Shown here one piece after another: positions 1 through 15,984 of a stretch of DNA of 64,000 bases (the first letter of the stretch is position 1; every line of letters begins with the position of its first letter). Under the pieces are notes generated by a model. That model did not search any database and was not told where the DNA came from. It was given only the letters and a program-made list of their open reading frames with translations. Position numbers and translations under genes: made by a program. The stretch lies in the NCBI RefSeq assembly GCF_009914755.1, contig NC_060931.1, one strand, 5' to 3'. This DNA is from the human T2T-CHM13v2.0 reference genome, Homo sapiens.

Positions 1-44
1 AAAGCACAATTTCACAAGGTACGCCTTTATCATTGTTTCCTATA

Positions 45-272
45 CAGATATTCTTCAATTTACATTAGGGTTACCTCTCAATAAACCAATTTTAAGCTGA
101 AAATATCATAAATCAAAGGTGCATTTTCAACTTGTGATATTTTCAGCTCATGATGGATTTATTGGGTATAACTTCATTGTAAGTCAAGGAGGGTATTGAA
201 TGTGTATCACTTTTACACCATTGTAAAGCTGGAAAATCATAAGTCAAACCATCATAAGTAGGAGACCATCTG
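45..272. mobile_element. Tigger-derived MITE (MER47/Tigger5-like, TcMar)
   Basis: TA|CAGAT...ATCTG|TA termini with internal inverted repeats; resembles the remembered MER47 consensus. Confidence 0.7.
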
Positions 273-2070
<1,798 letters not shown>

Positions 2071-2073
2071 TGA

Positions 2074-2404
<331 letters not shown>

Positions 2405-2629
2405 AATGAGTATTTTTAATGTAAGAAATATACAAATTTATTTTAGGCATTGTTTTTCTAGTCTAAATACTCTTAGATTCTCTTATTTCAACATGTCTAT
2501 ATAAATTAGTGTCCAGTTACTTTAAAATTTACAATCCTTACACTTGTACTATTGCTCCAAACTCTGTGCAGAATAACCTTCTTACTTTAGGTATACCTTG
2601 ACATCTTTATGATCTTCTTCTCTCATCAG

Positions 2630-2768
2630 CTTACAAAGAGCCCTGTTTTGTGTATTCCCGAGTTGGGGGTAACCGAACACCTTTGAAGCAGCCTGTGGAT
2701 TACCGTGACAATACTTTGATGTTTGAAGCAAGGTTTGAGAGTGGTAATCTACAGAAGGTAGTCAAAGT
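2630..2768 (+). CDS. AGBL3: AGBL3 internal coding exon (139 nt), N-domain
   Basis: tctcatcAG acceptor and GTaggt donor. Translates YKEPCFVYSRVGGNRTPLKQPVDYRDNTLMFEARFESGNLQKVVK, with the CCP-family FESGNL motif. Phase 2 joins the next exon (GT|G = Val). Confidence 0.95.
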
Positions 2769-3934
2769 GTAGGTTCTAATTATTTTTATTTAAGGAGCTA
2801 GACCATCAACTATTATTTTCTGTATCAAGTACATTAAAGTTCTTAGTATCCATTATGAAACTGTAATTCCTTGAAGTATGGATACTATTAATAATTAGAA
2901 ATTGTTGTGGAGGAGGGGAGTATAAAAGATTCTGAGTTCAAATAATTTTGAGAACTATGAGGTAAAGTTAAGAAGGCTTCTGTACTGTACATTTTCAGTA
3001 TGGCAATATGAATTGTCACACACACAGTGCTTCTCAAACTTTGTATTGAAATAGTTCTTGGGATGAGTGTTCCATAGAATATCCCAAGGGCATTATTTTA
3101 TTTAAAAATATTATGGAAATATTTAAACATACACTTAAGTACAGAGAATAGTACAATTCTGTGTCCATGGCCACATACCTATCACCTAGACTCAACAGCT
3201 ATCAAGGTTTTGCAACATTTATTTTACCTGTTCCTAGGTGATTATTTACAACTGTACACATACACATTACATGCTAAGTGCAGAGTGCTTATAGAATAGA
3301 AAGTTACTTAGTAGAGAAAAATAGTCACAACTAACCAGATAATATTGTTATGTATATAAATAACATTCCAGTGAAATTATTATTTTTGCCTTTATTTAAG
3401 CATCTCCAAAGACTAAGTAAAGGGATGCAAATAGTTATCAAATGCAGTTCTTGTTCTCAAATAGTTCAAATTATGTAATCTATGTGATCATATTAATTTA
3501 TATGTGTTTAAATCTCTCAGTGATAGTTATTTTATATCCCTAGTATTAGACTGTAATAGATACATATGTCTGAAGTAAAAAAAGAAATGTTGGACTTTGC
3601 TTCAGTTTTGGTAACTCTTTAATCATTTCTTATATAGAAAACATAATTAGGTTGAAATATATAAACTTTTATCAAATACCTGTGTTTTTATGTGCTCTCT
3701 TGAATTACCAAGGAATACAAAGGATTTAGAATTAGCATAGAAGCAGTTTCTCATCCAATAAAAGGGAAAATTTCAAAACTTTTATCGTTTACATTGTTTC
3801 CTAACAAAGCTTTCTGTGAATGAGTAAAAATAAAATAATTTTCCTTATTTAACTCAAAATTTTACATTGGTTTTTTACAAAATGTCATTTTTACATTCTT
3901 ACGTGCTTTTTTCCCTTTCTTTCTTGTGTATTAG

Positions 3935-4714
3935 GGCAGAATACGAATACCAATTGACTGTACGCCCTGACCTCTTCACAAATAAACACACCCAGTGGTA
4001 CTATTTCCAAGTCACTAATATGCGAGCAGGAATAGTCTACAGATTCACTATTGTCAACTTCACCAAACCTGCTAGTCTTTACAGTCGGGGTATGCGCCCA
4101 CTGTTCTATTCTGAAAAAGAGGCCAAGGCTCATCACATTGGCTGGCAGAGAATAGGAGACCAAATCAAGTATTATAGGAACAACCCAGGCCAAGATGGGC
4201 GCCATTATTTCTCTCTTACATGGACATTTCAATTTCCACACAACAAAGATACCTGCTACTTTGCTCATTGCTATCCATACACTTACACCAACCTGCAAGA
4301 ATACCTTTCTGGCATCAATAATGATCCAGTACGGTCAAAGTTTTGTAAAATACGTGTTTTGTGCCACACGCTTGCTAGGAACATGGTGTATATTTTAACA
4401 ATCACTACCCCCTTGAAGAACTCTGACTCAAGAAAGCGGAAGGCTGTGATTCTGACTGCAAGGGTCCATCCAGGGGAAACCAACAGCTCTTGGATCATGA
4501 AAGGCTTCCTAGATTATATTTTAGGAAACTCAAGTGATGCACAGTTGCTTCGGGACACTTTTGTCTTCAAGGTGGTACCCATGCTGAATCCAGATGGTGT
4601 GATTGTGGGAAATTATCGCTGTTCCTTAGCTGGACGGGATTTAAACCGTAATTATACATCTCTCCTGAAGGAATCTTTTCCTTCTGTATGGTATACCCGG
4701 AACATGGTTCATAG
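3935..4714 (+). CDS. AGBL3: AGBL3 large coding exon (780 nt), M14 carboxypeptidase domain core
   Basis: Lies within ORF 3867-4718; polypyrimidine tract + ttAG acceptor, AG|GTaaaa donor. Motifs WYYF, YPYTY, ARVHPGE (Zn ligands His/Glu at 4467-4478), PMLNPDGV, GNYRCSLAGRDLNRNY are typical of cytosolic carboxypeptidases. Confidence 0.97.
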
Positions 4715-6676
4715 GTAAAATAAGCCTCAAATTACCTCTGTGCTTATTTAGTAAACTTGGTAGTAACAATTTTGCTCCCACAATCTCATTCATTTTACTG
4801 TAACTTCTCAAGATAGTCTAACTACTGTATAACTACTTTATTTTTTCCCCGTTATTCACAACTGTGATTCTATACCTTTCTGTCATTATGCCACTGGATT
4901 CACTAACCTCCCCTTAAATAATGAAACAGATTCTAGAATGTTTTGATGACTTGATGAAACTAATAAGCTTGCATATCCCAAATTTGGCTTCTTGCTAAAG
5001 ATAATGGTAGCACTGATGTTTAAAATAATTTTTTTATAAATATATATATTTTATATACATGAAACCGTTGGCTTCTCTCTCTAGAAACTCTTTTAAATGT
5101 CAGTTAGTCTCTGAATGTCTTGTAAGAAGTTTAAGGCAGGAGTCTATTCAGCAAGTTTCTAAAAGACTTCCAAGAAAGAGAAATATCTTAATCCGGTTAA
5201 TCATACACAGGTAAGTAGGATAAGAAGTCAGTCACATGTGTGTGGAAAGGTGAGCAGCTGTAAGTATATATAAGATTAAGTATATTTAAAGCATATTAGA
5301 ATAAGAGAGTAGATTTTTGTATAAAATACTTAGTATAACATAAGTAGAATATCTTTTTACCCATAAAGATACCTATGAGTAAAATCTTATACTAAGTATT
5401 TCTGTTTACCTATGGGTAAAAAGAAAATCCAAACTGTTTCTAAAGTTATTCAAATTAATGTAAGATGAGAGACCCTAATATCCTGTTTCACTTCAGAAGT
5501 AATACCATCTCTTTGGAAATTAATCTGTTAGAAGTAAAGTTCCTTTTGACTTGCTTATAAGAAACTGAAAGACTGAGGAATTTGTGGCTTAAAAATGTAC
5601 AGCATGTTTCATATTTAAGAACTTAACTTGATATTCATGCCTTATAATCTAGTTAGTTTTCTAGAAACTTGTAACTATCATTTAGTGGCTTTATATCAAT
5701 CTTATGTTATCAATGAGAATTTATTAGGCAGCAAATGAGAAAAGGGCAATAAATTAACACATAATAAATTTTAGTTTGTAATTTCACTGTAGTTTAAAGC
5801 AGTATGGTTTCTAATAGAAGCAAAATGCTTTGAATGTTTATATTTTAGGTTTTAGTATTTTTGTTACAAATGTAATATATTTCATAATATTATAAATACT
5901 ATTGCTAACATTTTGGTGTTTATCTTTCCAGATATAGCAAATAGTATATGTAATTTTGATTAGTTAAGTAATAATCCTACCACCTTAACACCACGCTTTC
6001 TTACTTTTTAAAGCCTCTTCTATTAATATTAGTCATTTTATCAATCAGTTTGAGGGACTTATTTTTTGTTTTGTTATTTTTATATTGAGTGTTAAATTAT
6101 ATAGACCAAAGGTTGTGCTCTTCAGGAATGTGTAATTTTTTTTTAGATATTTGTTAGAAATTTATCAGAAAAAGTCAATTCAAACTTTGGTACCATTTTT
6201 CTCAAAATAATAACTTAATCACCACACTAATCAAGGGTTAAATATTAATTGGCTTCAGCACCAAGTCATCAAGCACTCAATTTTTAACAAATATTTGGGT
6301 ACTTATTATGTGCATAGCACTGTTCTAGATGATTTGAAGCATTCCCCATTCTTAATAAGCTTGAATATGAAAAATATAAAAACTTTCCTAGACAAGGGCC
6401 AAGCAAATGGTACCAATATCTTTAAGTGCTACCGAAGCTCAATAAGAGAAAGCTCTGTGGCCTTGACAAATTAGAAAGGAAGTGAGACATAAGGTCAGTA
6501 TTGAAGGATGGCAGGTAGTATTTACATGTACAAAGATAGAGAAAGAAGATATTTCAGTCAGAAAGAAAATACGTGAAAGGTAATGGGCAAAGGCAAGAGT
6601 GAAAACATCAAAATAATAAAGCAGAGAGATCTTGTTGGAGAAAGTCTTGGGAGTAAGGTAAATTTTGTCCTTATAA

Positions 6677-7015
<339 letters not shown>

Positions 7016-7191
7016 TAATAAATTATTGTAGATTTAAAAAATTGTATATTAATAATATGCAATATAGATAAGAGAAAGCTAGGATATAAGAAATTGTATT
7101 TATTTGGATATTACACTTATAAATCCATAGTTGTACCTATAGAAGAAAAATGCAGAGATAAAAGTTAGTAACTTATCTTTCTTCCTGGCAG

Positions 7192-7354
7192 ACTGATGGA
7201 GAAACGAGAGGTTATTTTATACTGTGATCTTCATGGCCATAGTAGGAAAGAGAACATCTTCATGTATGGCTGTGATGGTAGTGACAGATCTAAGACATTA
7301 TACTTACAGCAACGAATCTTCCCACTTATGCTAAGCAAAAATTGTCCAGATAAA
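7192..7354 (+). CDS. AGBL3: AGBL3 coding exon (163 nt), third zinc ligand
   Basis: cttcctggcAG acceptor, GTaagc donor. [27 protein letters not shown]...SKNCPDK in frame with the previous exon. Confidence 0.96.
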
Positions 7355-8453
7355 GTAAGCACCTTTTAAGGTATTAACTTTTCCTTTATCAAATGTTGCC
7401 CATGTGAGATAGCAGAATGGCCCACGTGGATAATACTATTCCAAACTGCTTTTTTTTTAGTTAGTTTGACCAGTTTATACAATTGACAATAAGAAAGCAA
7501 CTATATAGAACTACTTAGTGAGCAATAATTTGAAAATATGGGGAAAAAAGGCAAAAATGCCCCCAAACCTACCACCATAATACCACTGCTCTTTTACCTT
7601 TTGAAAGCTTCCTCTATTAGTCATTTTTATCAATCAATTTTAGGGGTTTTTTTATTGTTTAAATAGTCATTGAGTGCCTAAATTATACAGATTAATTTCT
7701 TAAGAAATGTATATTCTTAAGAAATGTGTAACAGTTTCTTCAAAGTATTTATTAGAATTTTGCCAGGAAAAAACTTAATCCAATAACCAATATTTTTAAA
7801 ATATATAGAAATTAGAATGAGAAAAGAATAAAGTATATTATTATTTTCACAAACTATGGAAATATTGGAGCCTCATTTACCAAGATGTGAAAATTATATT
7901 TTAATCATTCTTTAGGGAAAAGATGTTAACATAGCAAAGAAAATTCCTGCAGACTTTCCTTTAAGTTCTCAACCAACAAATTCAATTATAAAGGACTTAC
8001 TGGAGAAGAACTAATTGTCTTTTGGGGATAATTGGGGCCCAAAGACATAAAAAGGAAAGGATGATCTGATAAAAATAGCTATTTAAAGAAAGAACAGGTT
8101 TGTTCGCCAAAGAGGATTCATTTCCTCAGCAAGAAAGACGGGAAAACCCAAACCCATAGCTGAAGCTATTGCTATGTAAATTTATACTGTCAATACTCTT
8201 AGGTATAGTTTATTACTCCTATAAAATAATTCTGTGTTACTAAGATATTTTGATGTTTGTCTATTGACATGCTTCTTAGGGTTTTAGATCTCTAACCTGT
8301 TGTGCCTTAGATGAAATGGACCAATTTCTTAAATAACTCAAACCACCACTCTGCAGCTTAAACAGGCCTTCCACATCATCTAAAGGTTGCTTAAAACATA
8401 GAGGCTCCTATTTCTAGGTTTTCTGTTAAATGTTTCTTATAAAAATCTTTTTG

Positions 8454-8746
8454 GGCCAGACGTGGTGGCTCACGCCTGTAATCCTAGCACTTTGGGAGCC
8501 CGAGGCGGGTGGATCACGAGGTCAGGAGATCGAGACCATCCTGGCTAACACAGTGAAACCCCGTCTCTACTAAAAACAAAAAATTAGCTGGGCTTGGTGG
8601 CAGGTGCCTGTAGTCCCAGCTACTCAGGAGGCTGAGGCAGGAGAATGGTGTGAACCCAGGAGGCGGAGCTTGCAGTGAGCCGAGATGGCGCCACTGCACT
8701 CCAGCCTGGACGATAGAGCGAGACTTTGTCTCAAAAAAAAAAAAAA
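8454..8746 (+). mobile_element. AluY
   Basis: AluY diagnostics gagatcgagaccatcctggctaacac and gcggagcttgcagtgagc; CpG-rich; A tail; TSD aaaaa(t)ctttttg. Confidence 0.93.
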
Positions 8747-9215
8747 CTTTTTGTGAAAATCCACAATTATAGTTGGAGATTTTAAATACCTCTTACATTA
8801 ATCTGGAACTGGTAGATAGACAGTAGGCAAGGATCAACCAACTGGATTTGACATTTATAGGACACTCTACTAAACAGCAGAATACACATTATATTCAAAT
8901 GCACATGGAACACCACCAACATAAATCACATCCTGGTTTAAAACAAATACTAACAAATTTAAAATAATTAATATCACACAAGTATGTTTTTAAGCATAAT
9001 GGAATTAAACTAAATCAATAAAAGAGGAAAATCTACAAACATGTAGATATTAAACCACATTTCTAAAAAATCCTTAGGCCCAAGAGGAACTCTTAAGGAA
9101 CATTAGAATATAGTTTCACCTGAAAGAAAATGAAAATATGTAACATGAAATTTTATGAAATTCAGCTAAATAGTAGCACTTAGAAGAAAATGTATAGCAA
9201 GAAATGCTTATATTA

Positions 9216-9542
<327 letters not shown>

Positions 9543-10641
9543 CTAAGTTTCCACATTAAGAATAGAAAAAGAAGAGTAAAATAAACCAAGCAGAAGGAAG
9601 CAGATAATAAAGAGAAGCAGGTCAATGAAATTGGAAAATGAGAGACAATGAAAAAAAATCAATTAAGCAACATTTGTGCTTGGAAAAGATTGGTAAAACT
9701 GACAAAACTTTACCAAGATTGATGAGAAAGTAGGAGGAAGAGAACGAGGAGGAGGGGGAGGCAATGATGGCACAACTTACCAATATCAAGAATGAAAGAG
9801 AGGTATCACTACAGACCCTGCAGGCATTAAAAGGACAATAAGGGGAAATTCAATTCTATGCACATAAATTTAACAACTTAGATGAAATGAACCAATTCCT
9901 TGAAAACTACAGACTACCAAAACTCACCCAAGGTGAAATAATCTGAATAGTCCTGAAAAGCATTTCAAAAAGAAACTCCAGAAAACAAATATCAAGATCC
10001 AGTTGGATTCACTGAGGCATTCTACCAAAAATTTAAAGGCAATCTTTCCCGGGATTACCATGATACCAACAAAAGACAAACATAGTACAAGAAAAGAAAA
10101 CTACAGACTAATATCCCTCATGGACATAGATGCAAAAATTCTCACCAAAATATTAGCATATTAAATCCAGCAATATATAAAAAGAGTAATAGACCATGAC
10201 CAGATGGGGTTTATCCCAAAATATAAGGCTGGTTTCATATTTGAAAATTAATCATTGTAATCCACTATGTTAAGAGTTGAAAGAAGAAAAACTGTGTGAT
10301 CTCGTCAATTGATATAGAAAAAGTTTTTAACACAATTCAGCATCTTGTTATGAAAAAAAAAAAACTTTCAGCAAATAATGAATAAAAGTGTACTTCCTTA
10401 ACCTGATAAAGGACATCTACAAGAAACTCTACAGCTAACAACATAGTTGATGAAAGACTGAATGTTTTCTGCCCAAGGTCAGGAAGAAGACAAGAATGTC
10501 CACTCTTCCCCACTTCATGCAGCCTTGTACTGGAATTTCTAACCAGTTCAAAAAGGCAAAAGAAAGGTGAAGGCAGACAGATTGGAAAGAAGTAATGACA
10601 GTGGCACAATTATCTACACAGAAAATCCAAAGTGATCCATG

Positions 10642-10653
10642 CACACACACACA

Positions 10654-10684
<31 letters not shown>

Positions 10685-10686
10685 CA
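10642..10686. repeat. (CA)n microsatellite, interrupted
   Basis: Direct reading of cacaca... tract. Confidence 0.95.
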
Positions 10687-12420
10687 AAACTAGAACAAGG
10701 GAATTTAAGCAAGGTCGTAGGATACAAGATCAACCCACAAAAAACAATTGCATTTCTGTATACTCACAATGAAAAAATTGGAAACCAAAGTTAAAAACAA
10801 TACCATTTTTATCTTAGCTTCAAAATAAATACTTAGTTATAAATCTAACAAAATGTACAGATTCTATATGCTGAAGCCTTAAAAATGCTGATGAAATAAA
10901 TCAAGGGCCCAAAGAAATGGAGACAACGTGCTGTATTATGGATTGGAAGACTAAACACAGTAAAATATCAACTCCCCAAGTTGATCTGTAGATTTAACAG
11001 AGTTTCAGACAAAATCACAGCATAATTGTTTATAGATATAAACAGGCTGATTCTGAGATGGATAAGGAAATGCAAAGGAACTAGAATAGGCAAAACAATT
11101 TTAAAAAATAAAGTTGAAGGAATCACTATCAAATTTTATGACAGTATAAAACTACAGTAATAAAGATAGTATGTTAATAGGAACTGTGTAAACACCAAAA
11201 GCAGTGGTACAGAATAGCAAGTCTAGTAATAGACCCATATACATATGGCCTTTTGACAAAGGTGCACAGGAAATTTAATGGAGAAAGAAACATTTAAATA
11301 AATAAGTGTCGGAACAATTGAACATCCATCTAAAAAACAAAAAACTTTCACCTAACCCTCAAACCTTAAATGTAAAACTGTAAAACTTTTAGAAGAAAAC
11401 ATAGAAGAAAATTTTTATGACATGGAATTAGACAAAAATTTCTTAGAAAATACCAAAAGCATTATCCATTGGATGGTAATGAATTGATAAATTGGACATC
11501 ATCAGAATTAATCCTTTTGCTCTCTTAAAGATCCTGCTAAGCGAATACAAAGATAAGCTCCAGGTAGAAGAAATTATTTTCAATCACATATCTCACAAAG
11601 AACTTTTATCCAGAATAACTGAATAGTAATAAAACAACCCAATTAAAAATGGCAATAATCTTAAATACACACATTTCCAAAAAGGATATGTGAAGGCAAA
11701 TAAGCACATGAAAAGATGTTTGACATCAGTAGCCCTCAGGGAACTGCAAAGTAAAACCATGAGGAGATACAATTATATACCTTTAGAATTGCTAAAATAA
11801 AAATACTGACAATCCCAAGTTCTAATAAGAATTTGGAGTAACTGGAACTCTCATACTATACATTTTTGTTGGGGATGCAAAATGGTATATCATTTTGAAA
11901 AGTAGTTTGTCAGTTTCTTGTAAATTGTACACTTACATGATCCAGCAATCTCATTCCTAAGTATTTACCCTTGAGAAATGAAAAGGTACATTCATATATA
12001 AACCTGTACACACAAACATTTATAACAACTCTATCATAATTGCCAAAAGCTGCAAACAACCCAAAATGTCCTTTAACTGGTAAATGGATATACATTTTAG
12101 TACACCCATACAATGGAATAGTACTTGCCAATAAAAAGGAATGAATATTCACACATGCAACAACTTGGATAAATCTCAAAAGTATTAGGTTAAGTGAAAG
12201 AAGCCAGTCTCAAAAGATTACATTCTATATGATTCCATTTATATAGCAGTCTTGAAAAAGCAAATCTATAGTGACAGAGAGCAAATCAATGGTTGCCAGG
12301 GGTTAGAGGTGGCAGGAGGGTGTGACTATAACTATCCTATTAGGATAATAGAACTGTTCTGTATCTTGAGTGTGATGGTGGTTACAGGAATCTATATGTG
12401 TGTTAAAATTCATAAAATGA

Positions 12421-12746
<326 letters not shown>

Positions 12747-12976
12747 TCAATTTTATCGTATGTTACTGAAAAAATAAAATTGCACCTCAAAAAATTTCTT
12801 TGTAGACAATCTTTCAGGGCATAATTTCAAATGGTCTTTCATATGAAGATAAAGAATCTTTATTTTTGAACATCTCCAACACTAATCTTCATTCCTAACA
12901 TGAAGATTGAATCCCTTCCTATAACTTTTTTAAAAGTATAAAATTTTATCCCAACAGCATCAAGAATTAATCAACT

Positions 12977-13538
12977 TTTGGAAGCAACCTAAGTGTACAT
13001 TAGCAGATGAATGGATAAAGAAAATGTGGTACATATACAGAATGGGTACTATTCAGGCATAAAAAAGAATGAGATTCTGTCGTTTGCAACAACATGGATG
13101 GAACTGGAGATCATTGTGTTAAATGAAATAAGCTAGGGACAGAAAGACAAACTGTGCATGTTCTCACTTATTTGTGGGAGCTAAAAATTAAAACAACTGA
13201 ACTTGTAGAGACAGAGAATAGAAGGATGGTTACTAGAAGCTAGGAAAGGTAGTGGAGGAGGGCAGAAGTGGAGATGGTTAATGGGTACAAAAAATAAGAA
13301 CTAGTATTTGATGGCACAAGAGGGTGACTATAGTCAATAATAATTTAATTATACATTTTTAAAAAAGTAAAAGTATAATTGGGTTATTTGTAACACAAAG
13401 GATAAATGCTTGAGGTGATGGATACCCCATTTACTCTGATGTGATTATTACATACTGCATATCTCTATCAAAATATCTCATGTACACCCTGTATATATAA
13501 ACTTACTATGTACCCACAAAAATTAAAAATTAAAAAAG
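12977..13538 (+). mobile_element. L1MA 3' end fragment
   Basis: gatgaatggataaagaaaatgtggtac...actatgtacccacaaaaattaaaaattaaaaaa, an L1MA-type 3' UTR and tail. Confidence 0.85.
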
Positions 13539-13816
13539 AACTTATTTTGAATATATATGTTACATAAAGATATATACATATCTTTCTATAAAAATAGTAA
13601 ATTTATTGCAGGAATTAGAATCTATAGTTCTCAGAAATGTGAACATATCATCCTTAAAATGAGATATTTCCACAGGTCAGGAAATAAAAAGTAGCTCCTG
13701 AAGCTTTAGTGAGAATTATAGACTTTGCATAACCACTTTATCATTTTTAATACTACTTTCAAAAAAAGATATCGGTACCAGAACAACGAGTCTCATTTTT
13801 ATTTGCTGCTTTTCAG

Positions 13817-13943
13817 TTTTCATTCTCAGCTTGCAAGTTTAATGTCCAGAAGAGCAAAGAAGGAACAGGAAGGGTGGTAATGTGGAAAATGGGAATCAGG
13901 AACAGCTTTACCATGGAGGCCACCTTCTGTGGATCTACTCTGG
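13817..13943 (+). CDS. AGBL3: AGBL3 coding exon (127 nt), putative catalytic Glu
   Basis: ttttcAG acceptor, G|GTaaga donor. [42 protein letters not shown], with CCP-type GTGRV and FTMEA motifs. Confidence 0.96.
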
Positions 13944-14493
13944 GTAAGACCAAGGGTTCTCATTCACAGCTCTCAAAGCTTTAAACCAAACATGTATAAT
14001 TTAATGTAAATGTAACAGTACAGACAATAGTACTTTCTTCCTATTTAAATAATACTAATATTTAATCAATTCTATAAACAGGATGAATAAACTCTCAAAA
14101 TATGGTATCTCTATTTCATAATTTTCCTTTGTTTAGAAAGGAAGATTTAAGCATATAAACAGAATACTCTAATTGGTTGTTTCATATGGTAATCTTTAAA
14201 TGCTTGTTGTTTTTAAGGGGATATCTACAGATTTTTTAAAAATATTTTTTATTGGATTTGCTATTTGCAAGGCAAAATGGACTTTTGGGGGTCAATATAT
14301 GTTTAAATGAAAGCACTTGGTTCCCTGAACAAAAATTAAAAGTGTGCTTTGTAGTCCCATTTAAGAAATCTTTTAGTTACAGCTAGCATATCCTAACATG
14401 GTTAGAATACTCCATATTAAAATAATTGTCACATTATCAGAAAAATGTATCAACTTAAAGTGCTAGAAATCCATATATGTACTTTTCAGCTTG

Positions 14494-14894
14494 TTTTTTT
14501 TATTGTATTTTATTATTATTATACTTTAAGTTTTAGGGTACATGTGCACAATGTGCAGGTTAGTTACATATGTATACATGTGCCTTGCTGGTGTGCTGCA
14601 CCCACTAACTCGTCATCTAGCATTAGGTATATCTCCCAGTGCTATCCCTCCCCCCTCCCCCCACCCCACAACAGTCCCCAGAGTGTGATGTTCCCCTTCC
14701 TGTGTCCATGTGTTCTCATTGTTCAATTCCCACCTATGAGTGAGAATATGCGGTGTTTGGTTTTTTGTTCTTGCGATAGTTTACTGAGAATGATGATTTC
14801 CAATTTCATCCATGTCCCTACAAAGGACATGAACTCATCATTTTTTATGGCTGCATAGTATTCCATGGTGTATATGTGCCACATTTTCTTAATC
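14494..14894 (-). mobile_element. 5'-truncated young L1PA (L1PA3-like) 3' end
   Basis: Near-consensus L1PA 3' UTR; GAG trinucleotide (cccactaactcgtcatc), not the L1HS ACA/ACG; ORF2 C-terminus in ORF 14723-14920. Confidence 0.92.
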
Positions 14895-15265
14895 AAAGCA
14901 CTTTGATACTGATATAACATTTGTGATGATGAAAACCTTTTCTCATAAAATCTTTACATGAGTTTTTCTCAAAGTGATTATTACCACTGTTTCTAACTGG
15001 CAACCAAATATTCTATAACTGTCTTATTGAATTTTTTTCTGCCTTTAAAACATGTACTAATGTATGTTAAATCAGCTTTGGTCCAGATGGTGGAAAAGGA
15101 ACAAGGGAAAGCAATGAGATGTTAAATGACCTGTCCTGAAGAAAAAAATCTAAAGGATAGGATATGGAATCATATCAATGTTTTGTTTATACTGTTTTGC
15201 AATGTACCTGCTAAGAAAAATTATTAACTTACCCTCAAGGGTGGATAAACTTATTGATGTTTTAG

Positions 15266-15366
15266 GTAACAAACGAGGCACTCATTTCAGCACGAAAGAC
15301 CTGGAATCAATGGGATATCATTTTTGTGATTCTCTCTTGGATTATTGTGATCCCGACCGGACCAAG
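15266..15366 (+). CDS. AGBL3: AGBL3 coding exon (101 nt)
   Basis: ttttAG acceptor, AAG|GTaagc donor. (G)NKRGTHFSTKDLESMGYHFCDSLLDYCDPDRTK; phases consistent with neighbours. Confidence 0.94.
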
Positions 15367-15590
15367 GTAAGCAAAGTCCATTTGGTAATGCATCAGACTC
15401 CAGCCTATCAGATAACATAAGCTGACTATGGGCCTATGCAGTGTTTGCCTTTTAATGTCCCAACAGTGTTGTTGGGGTTTTGGCACTTAATTTCCCAGTA
15501 ACAATTGTTCCAGGTGTCTATAAATACTCAAATAGTTTAATCAGGAAATAAAGTTATTTCATAATGAGCTCATTTATTACTTTTGCCTAG

Positions 15591-15703
15591 TATTATCGGT
15601 GCCTGAAAGAATTAGAAGAAATGGAAAGACATATAACCCTGGAAAAAGTCTTTGAGGATTCAGACACACCTGTGATAGACATTACATTGGATGTAGAGTC
15701 TAG
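15591..15703 (+). CDS. AGBL3: AGBL3 coding exon (113 nt)
   Basis: ttttgcctAG acceptor, AG|GTaact donor. YYRCLKELEEMERHITLEKVFEDSDTPVIDITLDVES. Confidence 0.92.
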
Positions 15704-15984
15704 GTAACTCAAGGCTGCTGAAGTAATGCAATTTGTTGTGCTGTTTTACTATGTTCTTTATAATTATACCAGCATTTTATTGTCAGTTCTCAACTGAAAA
15801 TCCCAACTGTAAGTGGTGGAAAATTTCTCCCATGCCCATTATTTTGGCCAGACTTCATTAAGACTTTATTATTTTATTCAAGTAACATGAACATTGCTAT
15901 GTACAGTGTACTGTGAATAGTGTGTGAAAGACATATGAAATTGGTTTTTGTTTGGTTATTGTTTTCGTTTTTCTCTTTCTTTTT

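Noticed and set aside
3867-3934. N-terminal extension MVFYKMSFL... of the 283-aa ORF
   Set aside because: This is intronic polypyrimidine tract upstream of the 3935 acceptor; the ORF is an internal exon, not a standalone gene.
3891-4498. Antisense and alternate-frame ORFs over the large exon
   Set aside because: Shadow ORFs with no recognisable motifs or independent signals.
14494-14894. Active-family L1HS polymorphic insertion
   Set aside because: It carries GAG rather than ACA/ACG at the diagnostic 3' UTR site, indicating an older L1PA subfamily.
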